Assembly (NCBI GenBank): GCA_051941275.1 | Contig: JAVEBF010000068.1 | Coordinates: 1-35,245 of the forward strand | Direction: 5' to 3' | Source of the DNA: Dirinaria sp. TL-2023a | Taxonomy: Eukaryota | Length of the DNA stretch: 35,245 nucleotides | Made by a program: the position numbers and the translations under genes | Shown: positions 32,754 to 35,245 of the stretch, in pieces | How positions within the stretch are numbered: the stretch's first letter is position 1 | How the letters are laid out: each line of letters opens with the position of its first letter | The notes under the pieces: generated by a model | What the model saw: only the letters and a program-made list of their open reading frames with translations | Told to the model about the DNA's origin: nothing | The model's database searches: none

Positions 32754-34826
32754 ATGGTATACCCATTCCTGCCAGGTGTTTCTGTCAACGTCAAGACACA
32801 ATGCCTCGTAAGGGCGAGACCCAAAGACCGTGAGAGACTGGAAGAGGCGCGTAAGGCCTCTACGAAACACGTAGGGTTTGGGATTGGTATACCATTCACT
32901 AACTTCGAAGGTATCCCCAATGAAGAACTAGCATTGCAGGCCAATGGCGTCCCACCAAATCGAAATCTCAACCCAAAGCAGCAGCCAAATGATGGTGTAG
33001 CCCAAGCGGGGCCAGGTAATGATGTTCAACCGCCCATTATGACGCCTTCAAGTCGTCAGACTCGTGGAATCAGTCAGCCACCAAATGATTTTGTGACCCC
33101 GGGCGGGCCAAATTTTGATGATCAACCGCCCGCTATGATGCCTCCAGGTCGGCAGACTCGCGGAACCAGGCAGCCAACAAACGGTTCTGTAGCCCAGAAA
33201 GAGCCAGACATTGAGCGTCAGCTGCCCACTATGACGCTTCCAAGTCATCAGGCTCGTGGAGCCAGTCGTTCAAAACCAAGCGGCAGTCAAGGAAGTTCAA
33301 GAGCTCAGCGCTCACCTTCCTTGATGTCTGTAGAGGTGCCTGCTGAACCGGTTTTTCAAGGACAAAGCCACGGCCAACAAAGTAAGCATTCCACTCGCGA
33401 CTCGCGCCGCTCTCGAATGGATCCTCAAAACCCACAAACTTTCGATCAGCAAGCGCAGAGCCACGAGAACCCAGCTAATGCAGCAAGAAGTATGCCAGCA
33501 GGTCTATTCGACTCTCAATTTAGGAAATCCCACGGCCAACAAAGTAGGCATTCCACTCGTGACACGCGAAGCTCTTGGTTGGAACCCCAAAACCTACAAT
33601 CTTTCGATCAGCAAGCGCACAGCTTCAAAAAAGCGGCTGATGCGGCAGGAGGTATGCCAGCAGGTCTCTTCGACCCTCAATTTAGGCAATCCCATGGACA
33701 ACAAAGTAGGCATTCCACTCGTGGCTCGCGCCGCTCTCAAGTGGATCCCCGAAACCCACAACCTTTCGATCAGCAAGCTCAGAGCCCCGAGAACCCAGCC
33801 AATGCGGCAGGAGCTATGCCTGCAGATTTCTCCGAGTTCCGAAGTAGGAAATTATCGGGATCGCGGAACACAGCTAACGAAGGGTTTGACGTCCAGCACG
33901 GCGCTTCAAGAATTAGCCAGCATAGTCAAGCCAGTAAAAAATCTGTGCGAGATTCAGCCAAAGAAGCGTTCGATGTTCAGCACGACAATTCAAGATCTAG
34001 TATGCATAGTCAACATAGCAAAAAGTCCGCGCGAGACTTTGTGAACGAAGGTCTTGATTCTCAGCACAGCGATTTAAGAGCTAGTGTGAATAGGCAACAC
34101 AGCAAACGGTCCGAGCTAGATTCGGTCAACAAAGATATCGACGCTCAGTACAGCAAGCTAGAGTCTAGTAAGGATAGTCAACGCAGCAGACGATTCGCGA
34201 GAGACTCGACTAGCGGAAATTTCGTCACTCAGCACAGCAATTTAGAATCTAGTAAAGATTCTCAACGCAGCAGACGACCCGCGCTAGACTCACAGAACGT
34301 AGATTCCGATGCTCAATACAGCAATTTCAGATCTAGCATGCATAGTCAACCTAGCACACGATCCCGTCGGGATTCAGTTAGCAAAGATTTTGATGCTCAG
34401 TACAGCAATTTCGAATCTAGTAAGGATGCTCAACGCAGACGATCCGCGCTAGACGCAATTAACGAAGATTTCGATGCTCAGTACAGCAATTTCAGATCTA
34501 GCATGCATAATCAGCCCAGCACACGATCCGCCCGAAATCCACTTAGCGAAGATTTTGATGCCCAGTACAGCAAGCTAAGGCCTAGTAAGGATAGTCAACG
34601 CAGCAGACAATCCGCGCTAGACTCAATTAACGAAGATTCGGATGCTCAGTACAGCAGTTTCAGATCTAGCACGCATGGTCAACTCACCAGAGGATCCACT
34701 CGAGAGGCAGGTAGCCAACAACAGGGACGGCCCATGCCAAAAAGGGTTCAAGACCTGCTCAATGAGGGAACTGGACCATCGAGGAGTAGTCGAGAAGATC
34801 CACGAAGCAGGCAATCCAGTCGATGA
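32754..34826 (+). CDS. 690-aa Ser/Gln/Arg-rich, probably disordered protein made of three tandem repeat families; 5' end uncertain
   Basis: Long uninterrupted ORF. Repeat periods are all multiples of 3 (96, 162 and 84 nt), which supports coding status. Confidence 0.75.
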   Translation: MVYPFLPGVSVNVKTQCLVRARPKDRERLEEARKASTKHVGFGIGIPFTNFEGIPNEELALQANGVPPNRNLNPKQQPNDGVAQAGPGNDVQPPIMTPSSRQTRGISQPPNDFVTPGGPNFDDQPPAMMPPGRQTRGTRQPTNGSVAQKEPDIERQLPTMTLPSHQARGASRSKPSGSQGSSRAQRSPSLMSVEVPAEPVFQGQSHGQQSKHSTRDSRRSRMDPQNPQTFDQQAQSHENPANAARSMPAGLFDSQFRKSHGQQSRHSTRDTRSSWLEPQNLQSFDQQAHSFKKAADAAGGMPAGLFDPQFRQSHGQQSRHSTRGSRRSQVDPRNPQPFDQQAQSPENPANAAGAMPADFSEFRSRKLSGSRNTANEGFDVQHGASRISQHSQASKKSVRDSAKEAFDVQHDNSRSSMHSQHSKKSARDFVNEGLDSQHSDLRASVNRQHSKRSELDSVNKDIDAQYSKLESSKDSQRSRRFARDSTSGNFVTQHSNLESSKDSQRSRRPALDSQNVDSDAQYSNFRSSMHSQPSTRSRRDSVSKDFDAQYSNFESSKDAQRRRSALDAINEDFDAQYSNFRSSMHNQPSTRSARNPLSEDFDAQYSKLRPSKDSQRSRQSALDSINEDSDAQYSSFRSSTHGQLTRGSTREAGSQQQGRPMPKRVQDLLNEGTGPSRSSREDPRSRQSSR
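32979..33266 (+). repeat. 3 x 96-bp (32-aa) coding repeat
   Basis: QP.N..V...GP....QPP.M.P..RQTRG units start at 32979, 33075 and 33171. Confidence 0.8.
33366..33851 (+). repeat. 3 x 162-bp (54-aa) coding repeat
   Basis: SHGQQS(K/R)HSTR...FDQQA.S...MPAG.FD.QFR units start at 33366, 33528 and 33690. Confidence 0.9.
33857..34695 (+). repeat. ~10 x 84-bp (28-aa) coding repeat
   Basis: Consensus S.(R/L)DS.NEDFDAQYS.(F/L)(R/E)SS..SQ.S.R, with one 27-aa unit. Confidence 0.9.
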
Positions 34827-35245
34827 CCGGATCGTGATTGATAGGTCAGATCTGGCACACATCTTCCTTCCCAGCAAATAGGGTTAAATGCGTCGTCTGG
34901 GGAAAGCCGTTATCAATCTAGGTAATTGGCATGTCTAGATGAAGATTCGGAGATTAGGGGTTTGGCTGCGAGCGCGCGTGACGGGTCAGGAGATGTTGCA
35001 TGTTCTTGGCTAAAGTATTTTAATCCTAATGGTTGGGCAGTGTCCGCATGGTAATAGAAATATAATGCAATTGAACTGACTTCCATTAGTGTATTGCCAT
35101 TTTTCAATCGTTACAGTCATGAAAAGGGGTGGATAAATGGGTCGTGGAGAACAAGTTACGAGATATTTCAGACAAGTCAATACCTCTGGGATTTCCGTTT
35201 CTGCGAGCTAAACCCTCCCTCCTGAGTCTCGGCATTATTCAACCC

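Noticed and set aside
33857..34695. Repeat protein as a Kex2-processed (KEP/dikaritin RiPP) precursor
   Set aside because: Dibasic sites occur in only some units, no signal peptide is visible, and no DUF3328/UstYa-type gene is nearby. Revisit if upstream exons add a signal peptide.

Overview
Eukaryotic, intron-containing DNA from a filamentous ascomycete (Pezizomycotina). A lichen-forming Lecanoromycete is plausible but is inference only. Gene models were built by hand from GT-AG sites, CTRAY branch points and frame continuity. The left end holds a divergent housekeeping pair (proteasome lid rpn7, mRNA cap methyltransferase abd1). The rest is accessory-type: an unknown Cys-rich secreted protein, a compact Trk-type cation transporter, an FAD monooxygenase divergent from an intronless secreted six-hairpin glycosidase, a pepsin-like protease, a probably truncated F-box-like protein, a DHA2 MFS pump, a small secreted effector-like protein, a PTH11-like membrane protein, a MYND-finger pseudogene and a protein built from three repeat families. 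The most notable non-genic signals are a 15-bp tandem array of PacC-type GCCAAG sites, a ~450-bp MITE-like element and decayed genes with transition-type (RIP-like) stops. I see no convincing multi-gene novel system, RNA gene, CRISPR array or autonomous transposon. The findings are individual leads.
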